NCBI GenBank assembly: GCA_964583625.1
Contig: CAZOVA010000001.1
Location: 480-64,479 of the forward strand
Direction of reading: 5' to 3'
From: an uncultured Pseudomonadales bacterium
GTDB lineage: Bacteria > Patescibacteriota > Microgenomatia > UBA1400 > PJMF01
Length of the DNA stretch: 64,000 nucleotides
Each line of letters begins with the position of its first letter. Position 1 is the stretch's first letter. The notes beneath the pieces are model-generated. The model did no database searches. It was not told where the DNA came from and was given only the letters and a program-made list of their open reading frames with translations. Positions 48,690 to 57,598 of the stretch are shown piece by piece. The position numbers and the translations under genes are program-made.

Positions 48690-48796
48690 TTATCGTTGAG
48701 TGTAGTTCTAATATCTTTTGGTTGAACTCACTCTCGAACAGGGAAAAGCATTGTTATTCGTGGTCTGTCCAGCGATAATAATGCTTTTTCGTTTTT
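48690..48796 (+). ncRNA. Candidate structured small RNA
   Basis: Two long hairpins in an otherwise very AT-rich intergenic region, with an upstream TTTACA-16-TATCAT and a downstream U-tract. Confidence 0.4.
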
Positions 48797-49145
48797 AGTT
48801 AGTCTTTAAAACAATTTTCAAAATAATCTCCTTAAATAAACCAACAAACTTGCATATTAGTTTTCCACAATTTTCTATTAATCTTTTTTAGAATAATTTT
48901 TTATCCCCCTTTCTATATTTCTAGCCAGCTATTGTGTGCAAATAAATATTATAAGATAATATATTTAAACACTATTTATTAATATAGGTCTAAATATAAA
49001 TTTTTGTTTATTATATGCTTATCAATCAACTAAAAAAATTAAAGGCTTTTATAAAAACTTCTTTATAAATTATGTGCTAAAAAAACAAAACTGGAGCTAG
49101 AACTTGACAAGGATAGCCTTTTTATAGTAAACTGACTTACATATT

Positions 49146-52100
49146 ATGAGTTCTAAATCGCTCAAAAAGAACAAGCGAAGTGTTTCTGTGGTGGAGCAAA
49201 AGAAAGGCTCTGCTTCTGTTGGAAAAAATAGGTCGCACCGCTTATTAAATCAGTTCATTGACTCGACTAAGCCAGCGACAAAAAAACCTAATCTCCAGAA
49301 AGAAATTGAGCAAGAAAAACTCGGCCTTGACCAACTATTAGCCCAACTCGAAAAAGAACAAGCTGCAGCCGCTCCTCGCCTTCTGGGAGATTTGGGGAAA
49401 ATTTTGGGAAGAAATAAAGCTGGAAAAAACTCAAGTTTAGATCAAGAAATTAAAAAGAAATCTTATCAAGAAGAGTTTTTCAACCAAAAAAATAAGAGCT
49501 TAAAGCAAGAAATAGATTTTCCCACCAAGCAAGCGGCGGACGACACAAATCCCAATCCTCTCAAAAACTTAAGCTTTATTGTTTTCGCCCTTTTTGGACT
49601 AGGATTAGCTGTTTTTGGTCTTAATCAATTAATCAAAAACGCCAGTCTTAATTTTGCCGCCCCAGAACAATCAAGTTTGGCCCAAACTCCTAAAAGCATT
49701 TTGACTTTTCAAGGGAGATTGAGTCATAAAACAAACGGTGTCTTTAACCAACCGGTCAAAATGCTTTTTGAGCTCTACAATACTAGTGGAGGTAATACCC
49801 CTCCTCCTATCGGAGGAGATCTACTTTGGAGTAGTAATTTTTGCTCTATTTCACCCAATCAACAAGGAGTTTTTGCTGTTAACCTAGGATCTGGTAACGG
49901 CGATGGCAATGACGGAGAGAATTGCGGGCTTGATTTAGGAAGCGTTTTTGCTCAAAACAGTAGTGTTTGGTTACAGATCACTGTTGATAAAGAGGTTTTA
50001 TTTCCTCGCCAATTGGTTAAAAGTGTTCCCTACGCTCTTAATAGTGCTTCCTTGCAAGGGTTCTCCGCCAGTAAAGCTATTACCGCCAATACTATCCCTG
50101 TCGTTGATGAGAGTGGTAATTTAAATTTTGTTACTCAGGAAACCGCCATCACTAACTTAGGAAACCTTGGATTGATTTCAAAAACTGGAGATTTATTTCT
50201 CTTACCAGGATCAGGAAAAGTCTATATTGGCAATCAAGATTATAAGGCAGACTTAAAAGTTAGTGGCGATTTGGAAATAAACAATAGTTTAATTTTTTCG
50301 GCGACTAATGAGGCAAAAATTCAAGCAACTAATGCTGGTTTAAGCTTTTACACCAAAGCTGGTCAAGATTTTTGGGAGAATCAATTAACCTTAACTAAAA
50401 ATGGCTTTTTAGGTTTGGGAACTGATCAACCAAAACAAAAGCTAACGATTAATCAAGGAAGCTTGAACTTTGATTTTAGTGTCGGGCCTGATTCCAGTCA
50501 GTTGAGATTGCAAGAGCAGGGCTATCATCCTCAAGGCTTGACTCGCCTGCCCTCTCCTCCGACATTAAAAGTCTCTCTCATTGATAGTCCAGGAAATTTA
50601 AGTAATGCTCGTTATAAATATCGCTATAGCTATATTACGGCTGACGGTAAAGAGGGAGGATTAAGTCCCATCTTTGTTTTTGACAGTAACCTTGATCAAA
50701 AACAATTTTCAATAGAAAATATTTCTACTTATCAATTGCCAAATGTTACAGGCAGAAAAATCTACCGCACAAAAGCTAATGGTGAAGACTTTTATTTCTT
50801 GGCCACCATCAACGATAACCATACCACTAGCTGGACAGACAATACTGCTGACGAGGCTCTTATTTCTCTTCTTGTTGATCACGGCAATCAAACAGGAACT
50901 TATAAATATAAATTAACTTTTATTACGGATAAGGGAGAAGAAACAAATTCTTCAATCAATCATGCAGCTATTACTCTTACCGGAGACCAAAGAGCAATTA
51001 AAATTGACAATCTACCAATTGCTACTGTTCCCATTCGAGCCAGAAGGCTCTACCGCTCACTCGCCAATAGTGACTTTTATTTCCTAGTGGCCAACATTCC
51101 TGACAATAACACCACTAGTTGGCTGGACACTTTGGCTGATAAAGATTTAGTGGCTTTGCCAACTATGCCTAGCGGCGGTGGCATTTATGCTAATAATAGG
51201 CTTTCTTTACAGCTTGACAATGACGGGTCTATTATTACTCAAACCAAATTAACTGCTCAAAATAGACTGGAAACTTCTCATGGGAATAATCAGGGTTTAC
51301 AAATTCCTACATCTAGTGGCAAACCAAGCATTAAGGTGGGACAAAAAGTTGGCGATATAGTTTATGACTCTCTTAATCAATTAATTTATATCTACAATGG
51401 AGTTGACTTTGTCTCTACTGGCGGAGGGACTCCCTCCTTTGCTAGCAATAGTCACTGTGCCGGCAATACTTGTCGTCTAGTTCTTGATCCAGAATACCCA
51501 GGAGTGGTCATAACTGGATCAGCAGATCTTTCCCAAAGTGATCTTTCTAGTGGACACGATGTGGTTGACAATCAATACCGCTTCAATTATTATCGCTGGG
51601 TTTCAGCTAATAGCCAAACTCCAAGCTCTCTTACTTTCTCTATCAATCTAACAATTCCTCAAGACTTTTCTTCTTGGCAAGAAAAAGCTATCACTCTAGA
51701 CTTTTTGACCCATAGCTCAAACTTAGAACAGAATTCCCTTAGTTTAGAAGTCTTCCGTCAAGGTAGTAGTTTGAGCGTAACAAAGACTAAACAAACTAGC
51801 CCCTCAGAATCTTGGGCCAGCACGGCTCTTAACACTCAGCCTCTAACTCTCAGTCGTGATGAACTTGAAGTTTTAGGAGTTAAGGGTGGTGAAACTCTGA
51901 CCTTAAAAATTATTGGAGAAAGTCAGAATAATCATTATATAAAAATTGGTCAGCTAAATCTCAACTATTATAGTTCTGGGGAAGATCAAAAGGTTCAAAG
52001 TCAAAGTCTTTGGCGACAGTTATCTGGAGTAATTTTCCCCGCCAATCAAGGTCAAGACGTGGTTCTGGGGGGAGATTCAACAGCAAGCGCAAAAATAGCT

Positions 52101-52499
52101 TTCCTTAATTTGGGGGATGTCGGTGTCCCAACCCTCTACCTCCAAGGAAATATCTTTCTTGATAATCAAAGTAAGAAAAACTATCTTGATTTAGCTCAAG
52201 ATAGTAGTTTTAGAATTAGAACCCTTGACCAGGATAAGGCTTTGGAGCGTTTCACTATTCTACCCAATGGTAATGTTGGTATTGGAGTAAGTGACCCTCA
52301 GGCAACCTTGGATGTTGGTGGTGACACCAGGATTAAGGGTAGTCTACATTTACAGCCAGTGACCGAAGTTCAGGCTGGCCCTTGCAACTTAGAAAATCAA
52401 GGAAAGATCTATTATAATAGTTTAGATCTTAAGTTTTATGCTTGTCAAGCGGTCACAACAGACGGCACCGGTTCAGCTTGGGTTAAGCTTGGTCAATAA
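49146..52499 (+). CDS. Large membrane-anchored surface protein with tail-fibre/adhesin-like and duplicated FnIII-like modules
   Basis: TM near aa 143-160; LTFQGRL...PRQ...SVPYA domain; GFLGLGT and GNVGIG..P...LDV.G repeats; two YKY...R.IYR...FYF....DN.TTSW.D modules. Confidence 0.7.
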   Translation: MSSKSLKKNKRSVSVVEQKKGSASVGKNRSHRLLNQFIDSTKPATKKPNLQKEIEQEKLGLDQLLAQLEKEQAAAAPRLLGDLGKILGRNKAGKNSSLDQEIKKKSYQEEFFNQKNKSLKQEIDFPTKQAADDTNPNPLKNLSFIVFALFGLGLAVFGLNQLIKNASLNFAAPEQSSLAQTPKSILTFQGRLSHKTNGVFNQPVKMLFELYNTSGGNTPPPIGGDLLWSSNFCSISPNQQGVFAVNLGSGNGDGNDGENCGLDLGSVFAQNSSVWLQITVDKEVLFPRQLVKSVPYALNSASLQGFSASKAITANTIPVVDESGNLNFVTQETAITNLGNLGLISKTGDLFLLPGSGKVYIGNQDYKADLKVSGDLEINNSLIFSATNEAKIQATNAGLSFYTKAGQDFWENQLTLTKNGFLGLGTDQPKQKLTINQGSLNFDFSVGPDSSQLRLQEQGYHPQGLTRLPSPPTLKVSLIDSPGNLSNARYKYRYSYITADGKEGGLSPIFVFDSNLDQKQFSIENISTYQLPNVTGRKIYRTKANGEDFYFLATINDNHTTSWTDNTADEALISLLVDHGNQTGTYKYKLTFITDKGEETNSSINHAAITLTGDQRAIKIDNLPIATVPIRARRLYRSLANSDFYFLVANIPDNNTTSWLDTLADKDLVALPTMPSGGGIYANNRLSLQLDNDGSIITQTKLTAQNRLETSHGNNQGLQIPTSSGKPSIKVGQKVGDIVYDSLNQLIYIYNGVDFVSTGGGTPSFASNSHCAGNTCRLVLDPEYPGVVITGSADLSQSDLSSGHDVVDNQYRFNYYRWVSANSQTPSSLTFSINLTIPQDFSSWQEKAITLDFLTHSSNLEQNSLSLEVFRQGSSLSVTKTKQTSPSESWASTALNTQPLTLSRDELEVLGVKGGETLTLKIIGESQNNHYIKIGQLNLNYYSSGEDQKVQSQSLWRQLSGVIFPANQGQDVVLGGDSTASAKIAFLNLGDVGVPTLYLQGNIFLDNQSKKNYLDLAQDSSFRIRTLDQDKALERFTILPNGNVGIGVSDPQATLDVGGDTRIKGSLHLQPVTEVQAGPCNLENQGKIYYNSLDLKFYACQAVTTDGTGSAWVKLGQ

Positions 52500-52500
52500 G

Positions 52501-54666
52501 ATGCCACAAAAATTATTTGAAATTCGCACTGGTCGAGACAGTAAAAAAGACGCTCTAGCAATGACAGAGTTTTTTCTTACTATGCCTTCTTTTAGAGAAA
52601 ATGTCTGGTGGCAAATTCTTGGCCAAAAAGAAGCGGCTAGCTTTGAAATCGTTTTAGAGAATCAAACTGTTTCCTTTTTTGTTTCTTTTCCAGAAAGGTT
52701 GAGTTTATACTTAAAAGGCTTAATTGGAGCTCACTACCCACAAGCAACAATTTCTCCAGCTGATACTGTCAACTATTTTGATTTTTATAAAGAAAAATTA
52801 AATACCAATCATAGTCAAGAGGTTTTAATTACTAGAGTTAAACTCTTGAATAATCAGTGCCTACCTTTAAAAGACTTTCGCCAGTTTGAAACAGGAGATT
52901 CTTTAGCCTCACTTCTTTCCCGTTTGTCAAAAGCCTCCATTCAAGATCGGGCCGTGATTCAATTGATTGTCACTAATGGTGATGATTGGTGGAAAAATGA
53001 TTGCCAAAAAATAATAGACCAAGATGCTGACTCAAACTCTAGCGCCTCACAGCAAAAAGATTTTATAAAAGAGAAAATTCGAGAAAAAGGTTTACTGGTT
53101 AATTTTAATATTCTTGTTGCTAGTGGTGATAAAACTCAGGCTCAACTTTTTCTTGATAGTTTGATTGACACTGTTAATACGGTGAAAAAGGAAGGAGGGA
53201 ATCAGTTTAAAAAGAGACTTCCTCCTTTGCTTCCCCAGTTATTACTGAAGCAAATGATAGCTAGGAAACAGCATAAACAAACGGCTTTTCATCTCACAGC
53301 TTATGAGCTGGCAACCATTTATCATTTTCCCAATGAAGTTTTGTCGACTATTCCTAATTTAGCTTGGGGAAAAAACCTCTTGGGAGAGCCACCAGAAAAC
53401 CTTCCAATCGTCAGAAGAGATTCTCCTCCAGACTTAAAACAAAGTATTAATGTTTTTGCTCAAACAAATTTTAAAAATGAAATGCAAAAATATGGCATTA
53501 ATAAGATTGACCGCCGTCGCCACATGTATGTAATTGGAAAAACAGGGACTGGTAAGTCTACTCTCTTAGCGAATATGGCTATTAATGATTTACGCAATAA
53601 TGAGGGGGTTTGTTTTATTGACCCTCATGGAGACGCCATTGATATTTTACTTAATTATATTCCTGCTAGTCGGATCAATGATGTGGTTTTCTTCAATCCT
53701 GCCGACGGGGAAAGAACAGTTAAAATTAATTTATTTGAAGGTAGAAATATTGAACACCGAGAATTAATCGCCTCAGGTATTGTTTCGATTTTTCAAAAAC
53801 TTTATTCTTATTCTTGGGGTCCAAGATTGGAGCATTTCTTACGTAATGCTCTTCTAACTTTATTGCAAATGGAAAATGCTCGTTTATCAGATATTGTTCA
53901 ACTCTTCACTGATAAACAATTCCGTAAAAAAGTCCTTGAGCAATTACAAGATCCAGTTTTGAGAAGTTTTTGGGAAGGAGAGTTTGAGCCCTTACAAGAT
54001 CGACTTAAAAATGAAGCCGTCGCTCCAATTCTTAATAAAGTGGGACAGTTTGTCTCTTCACCTTTGGTCCGAAATGTGGTGAACGCTTCCCAAAGCTCCT
54101 TTTCTATTGAACAAATCATGGATGAAGGTAAAATTCTCTTAGTCAATCTTTCACAAGGGATGCTTGGAGAAGACAATGCCACTCTTTTAGGAGCCATGTT
54201 GATCACAAAAATTCAATTAGCAGCTATGGGTCGCGTTCATATCCCTGAAGAACAAAGGCGGGACTTCTATCTTTATGTTGATGAATTTCAAAACTTCGCT
54301 ACCAGCTCATTTAACAAAATTCTATCAGAGGCCCGTAAATACAGACTTAATTTGGTTTTAGCCAATCAGTATATTGCTCAAATTCCTGAAGATGTACAAA
54401 AGGCCATTTTTGGTAATTGTGGTAGTATGGTCAGCTTTGTAATGGGGAGCGAAGACGCGCAAGTTTTCTCTAGAGAATATGGAGAGAAATATAGCTTTGA
54501 TGATCTGGTTTCTTTGAACCGACATCAAATTATCAATCGTTTGTCAATTGATAATGTCATTTCCCAACCTTTCCCCGCTTATACTTTACCTTTGGCAAAA
54601 AGCAGCAATCAAAATAAGGAAAAAGTTATTCGTGTGAGTCGTGAGCGTTACGCCACTAAAAAATAA
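52501..54666 (+). CDS. VirD4/TraD/HerA-like ATPase (type IV secretion coupling-protein family)
   Basis: RRHMYVIGKTGTGKS, IDPHGD, WGPRLE, LYVDEFQNF and LSEARKYRL.L.LANQY. Confidence 0.88.
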   Translation: MPQKLFEIRTGRDSKKDALAMTEFFLTMPSFRENVWWQILGQKEAASFEIVLENQTVSFFVSFPERLSLYLKGLIGAHYPQATISPADTVNYFDFYKEKLNTNHSQEVLITRVKLLNNQCLPLKDFRQFETGDSLASLLSRLSKASIQDRAVIQLIVTNGDDWWKNDCQKIIDQDADSNSSASQQKDFIKEKIREKGLLVNFNILVASGDKTQAQLFLDSLIDTVNTVKKEGGNQFKKRLPPLLPQLLLKQMIARKQHKQTAFHLTAYELATIYHFPNEVLSTIPNLAWGKNLLGEPPENLPIVRRDSPPDLKQSINVFAQTNFKNEMQKYGINKIDRRRHMYVIGKTGTGKSTLLANMAINDLRNNEGVCFIDPHGDAIDILLNYIPASRINDVVFFNPADGERTVKINLFEGRNIEHRELIASGIVSIFQKLYSYSWGPRLEHFLRNALLTLLQMENARLSDIVQLFTDKQFRKKVLEQLQDPVLRSFWEGEFEPLQDRLKNEAVAPILNKVGQFVSSPLVRNVVNASQSSFSIEQIMDEGKILLVNLSQGMLGEDNATLLGAMLITKIQLAAMGRVHIPEEQRRDFYLYVDEFQNFATSSFNKILSEARKYRLNLVLANQYIAQIPEDVQKAIFGNCGSMVSFVMGSEDAQVFSREYGEKYSFDDLVSLNRHQIINRLSIDNVISQPFPAYTLPLAKSSNQNKEKVIRVSRERYATKK

Positions 54667-54667
54667 C

Positions 54668-56146
54668 TTAAATTTTTAAATCACTAAGAAGAGCTTTTAA
54701 GTTTTTATGGCTCTTATAAGAATAAATTTCTTGATAGCCTAGTCTTTTAGCCTCTTTAACTCTTCGATCAAAAGAACTCACTGGACGAATTTCTCCCATT
54801 AAACCAATTTCCCCAATAAAAATTGCTTTTGCTGGTAAAGTTTTTTCTGCTAAAGAAGAAGCAATCGCTGTTGCTAGACCCAAATCTATGGCTGTGTCAG
54901 TTATTTTCATCCCGCCAACAATACTTAAAAAGATGTCGCTCGTTCCTAATGGCAGACCGCAGTGTTTTTGTAAAACCGCAGCTAAAATCTGAACTCTAGA
55001 GAGATCGACACCCCTTCCTACTCTCCGGGGCATTACTAGCTGTGAAGGTAAAACTAAAGCCTGGACTTCTGTTAGAAGAGGTCTTGTCCCCTCCATAACA
55101 CAAACAACTCCACTTCCAGGAATTTGACTTTGTGCACTTTGTAAAAAATAAGCACTTGGATTATCAATTTCCTCCATTCCTTGGTTAGTAAGCCTGAAAA
55201 CGCCCACTTCATCGCTAGCTCCAAAACGATTCTTAAGAGTCCGCAAAAATCTAATTTCGTCACCTCTTTCTCCCGTCAGCTCAAAAATAACATCAACTAG
55301 GTGTTCTAAAACCTTTGGCCCAGCCAAGCTACCGTCTTTAGTAACATGTCCAATTAAAAAAGTCGGAATGTTTAGTTCTTTGGCAGTTTGGGTAATGCGG
55401 TCACTACTTTCTTTCACTTGACCTAAACTGCCAGCCGGCCCCAACAAATCTTTAGTTTTTAGTGTTTGGATAGAGTCTACTACTAAAAGTTCTGGTTTTG
55501 ATTCACGCATCAACTGCGTGATTGCATCAACATCGGTTGTGGTGACATAAGTTAAGGGCAAATCTTCCTTTTGTTCACTTTTTGACAACAACCTTTGCAA
55601 ACGTAAGTTAATTTGTTGAGGACTTTCTTCTCCACAGACATACATTACTTGAGGTAAATCTAAGGTTTTAGACATTTTTTCAACAGCGTGTGAATAAGTT
55701 TTAACTGGTCTTTCCGGTTTATTTAATTTATTTGTATCAAAATCTTTTTTAACGCTTGTTTTGCGGTAATTACGAGCTAGAATTTCTTTACACCAATTTA
55801 CAATTACTTGTGTTAGTAAAGTTGATTTGCCAATTCCTGGTTGTCCTCCTAATAAAACAACGCTCCCCTGGACCAAACCCATTTTCCCGTCTCTATCAAT
55901 ACCTAAACAACGGTCGAGTTCTTCAATTTTAGTAGAAAAACGCTTAAATGAGGTATTTAAAGTGTTTGCCTGACTAAAAGAAACGGTTATTTGCTCCAAA
56001 TGGAGACTTTCCTTGGTTGCCTTCTTTTCTTCTTTCCTCGTTTCTTCTGCTAAAGAATTCCAGTTGTTACAATTATCACAACGCCCCTGCCACTTACTGT
56101 ATTCTTGTCCACAAATTTGACAAACAAAAATATTTTTAGCTTTCAT
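54668..56146 (-). CDS. radA: DNA repair protein RadA/Sms
   Basis: CQICG..WQGRCDNC zinc finger, GQPGIGKST, VDSIQT, GHVTK.G, KNRFG and Lon-like C-terminus. Confidence 0.97.
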   Translation of the reverse strand: MKAKNIFVCQICGQEYSKWQGRCDNCNNWNSLAEETRKEEKKATKESLHLEQITVSFSQANTLNTSFKRFSTKIEELDRCLGIDRDGKMGLVQGSVVLLGGQPGIGKSTLLTQVIVNWCKEILARNYRKTSVKKDFDTNKLNKPERPVKTYSHAVEKMSKTLDLPQVMYVCGEESPQQINLRLQRLLSKSEQKEDLPLTYVTTTDVDAITQLMRESKPELLVVDSIQTLKTKDLLGPAGSLGQVKESSDRITQTAKELNIPTFLIGHVTKDGSLAGPKVLEHLVDVIFELTGERGDEIRFLRTLKNRFGASDEVGVFRLTNQGMEEIDNPSAYFLQSAQSQIPGSGVVCVMEGTRPLLTEVQALVLPSQLVMPRRVGRGVDLSRVQILAAVLQKHCGLPLGTSDIFLSIVGGMKITDTAIDLGLATAIASSLAEKTLPAKAIFIGEIGLMGEIRPVSSFDRRVKEAKRLGYQEIYSYKSHKNLKALLSDLKI

Positions 56147-57548
56147 GATTTTCTTTCCAGACTTTTCTTTTTAAAGCTTGGCGATCATAGGCAAAAATTA
56201 GCTTTTCAGTCAATTTGGTGTGAGACAAAATTTTAGTCATAGAAATATTCTTATCCTCTGGCAAAAAAATCAGTTTTTGACCGATTTTCTTCAAGAGGGC
56301 CTGTTTATCTTGCTTTCTTGGGTCATTTTCACCAATGCAAAGAAAGTTAATTTTTAAGTTTTTTAAAACTTTTTCCCTGATTAAACTTGTTTTGAAGCTA
56401 TCGGGTAAAATAATCACTTTTGCTTGATCTTTAAGCAAATTTTGCAAACGCAAGCGCCTCTGCCACTGATTGTAAAAGGGGCGGTTTTTGCCTTTGTGTT
56501 CTTTCACTCTTTGATCGCTTTCAAGACCGATGATTAGCAGATCTGTTTTTTTGCTTGCCTGTTTAATAAAGGAGAGGTGTCCTTGATGCAATAAGTCAAA
56601 AACTCCAGTAATCAGGCCTATTTTATTTTTTTTATTATTGATCTCTTCTTTTAGCCACTGGGGGATTTCCCCATTTTTTCCTATTTGCCATGAAGACAAC
56701 TCTTTTAACCAATCTTGTTTAAGCACCGCTAAAGCAGTAGTTTTTCTTTTAAGAGGGTGGAAAAAGATCTGTTTATCCGTTATTATTTCTCTAGTAACTT
56801 TAGCACGCATATAATTCCATTGTATTTGACGCATTATTGCTTCTAGAAGATCTAAAAGATAATTTTTTGAGTCTTTTTTTTCAATTATTGTTAAATTATT
56901 TTTTCCTGCATAATTCAAATATTTTTCCAACCAATATTGATTTTTCTGTTGTAAAACGTCTAGACAGTGATTTTTCTGCCAAAGATTTCTTAATAGTTTG
57001 AGTTGCCAAGCGGCATAGAGAGATCTTTTAGTTTCAGGAATCAATAAAGCCTCTTCACTTAAAAAAATATTGAAGCACCAAGAGTTTTCCTCTTTACCTG
57101 TTTGATGTTTTTTATGTTTTTTCCAAGCTAAAAAATAACACAAAAAACGAGTCAGATAAACTCTGTTTTTTTCGGTAATGATTAAGAAGTCTAAATCGTC
57201 TTTTTCATTGGGAAAACCAGTTGCTACTGAGCCAGTGAGGCCAATTCCCTTGATAAAAGGAATTCTTTTTAAATAATTGGCCGCCTCTCTGGCTAGAGAC
57301 TGCTTTCTGTGTCCAAATCTCTGTCTCTGCTGATAGTCGCTTAATGGCCACCAAAAGACTCTTCCTTCTTTTTCAAGCAGTACTCCTTGATCAATTGAAG
57401 TTTTTAATTTTTCTATTAACTCTCGTTTTTTTATTCTTGGAGAGGAAAAAACCAACCTCTCCCATAATTCTTCTGGAGTTAAGGTTTGTCCAGTCTGGCG
57501 AGCATAAAACAAGGTTTGCCATAAACCGTCACTAACTATATTCCACAT
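56136..57548 (-). CDS. Fusion: Pol-beta-type nucleotidyltransferase domain + HxGH cytidylyltransferase-like domain
   Basis: LTGSVA......DDLDFLII (GS..DxD) and TGVFDLLHQGH...GLESD...KG.NRP in a single ORF. Confidence 0.75.
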   Translation of the reverse strand: MWNIVSDGLWQTLFYARQTGQTLTPEELWERLVFSSPRIKKRELIEKLKTSIDQGVLLEKEGRVFWWPLSDYQQRQRFGHRKQSLAREAANYLKRIPFIKGIGLTGSVATGFPNEKDDLDFLIITEKNRVYLTRFLCYFLAWKKHKKHQTGKEENSWCFNIFLSEEALLIPETKRSLYAAWQLKLLRNLWQKNHCLDVLQQKNQYWLEKYLNYAGKNNLTIIEKKDSKNYLLDLLEAIMRQIQWNYMRAKVTREIITDKQIFFHPLKRKTTALAVLKQDWLKELSSWQIGKNGEIPQWLKEEINNKKNKIGLITGVFDLLHQGHLSFIKQASKKTDLLIIGLESDQRVKEHKGKNRPFYNQWQRRLRLQNLLKDQAKVIILPDSFKTSLIREKVLKNLKINFLCIGENDPRKQDKQALLKKIGQKLIFLPEDKNISMTKILSHTKLTEKLIFAYDRQALKRKVWKENHES

Positions 57549-57598
57549 AACTACTTATGTATTGTAAACGAAATAAACTAAAATGTTTTCTGAGAAAA

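Noticed and set aside
48861-48909. DnaA-box-like ttttccaca and ttatccccc
   Set aside because: Only one or two imperfect boxes, no dnaA nearby, and no switch in gene strand bias.
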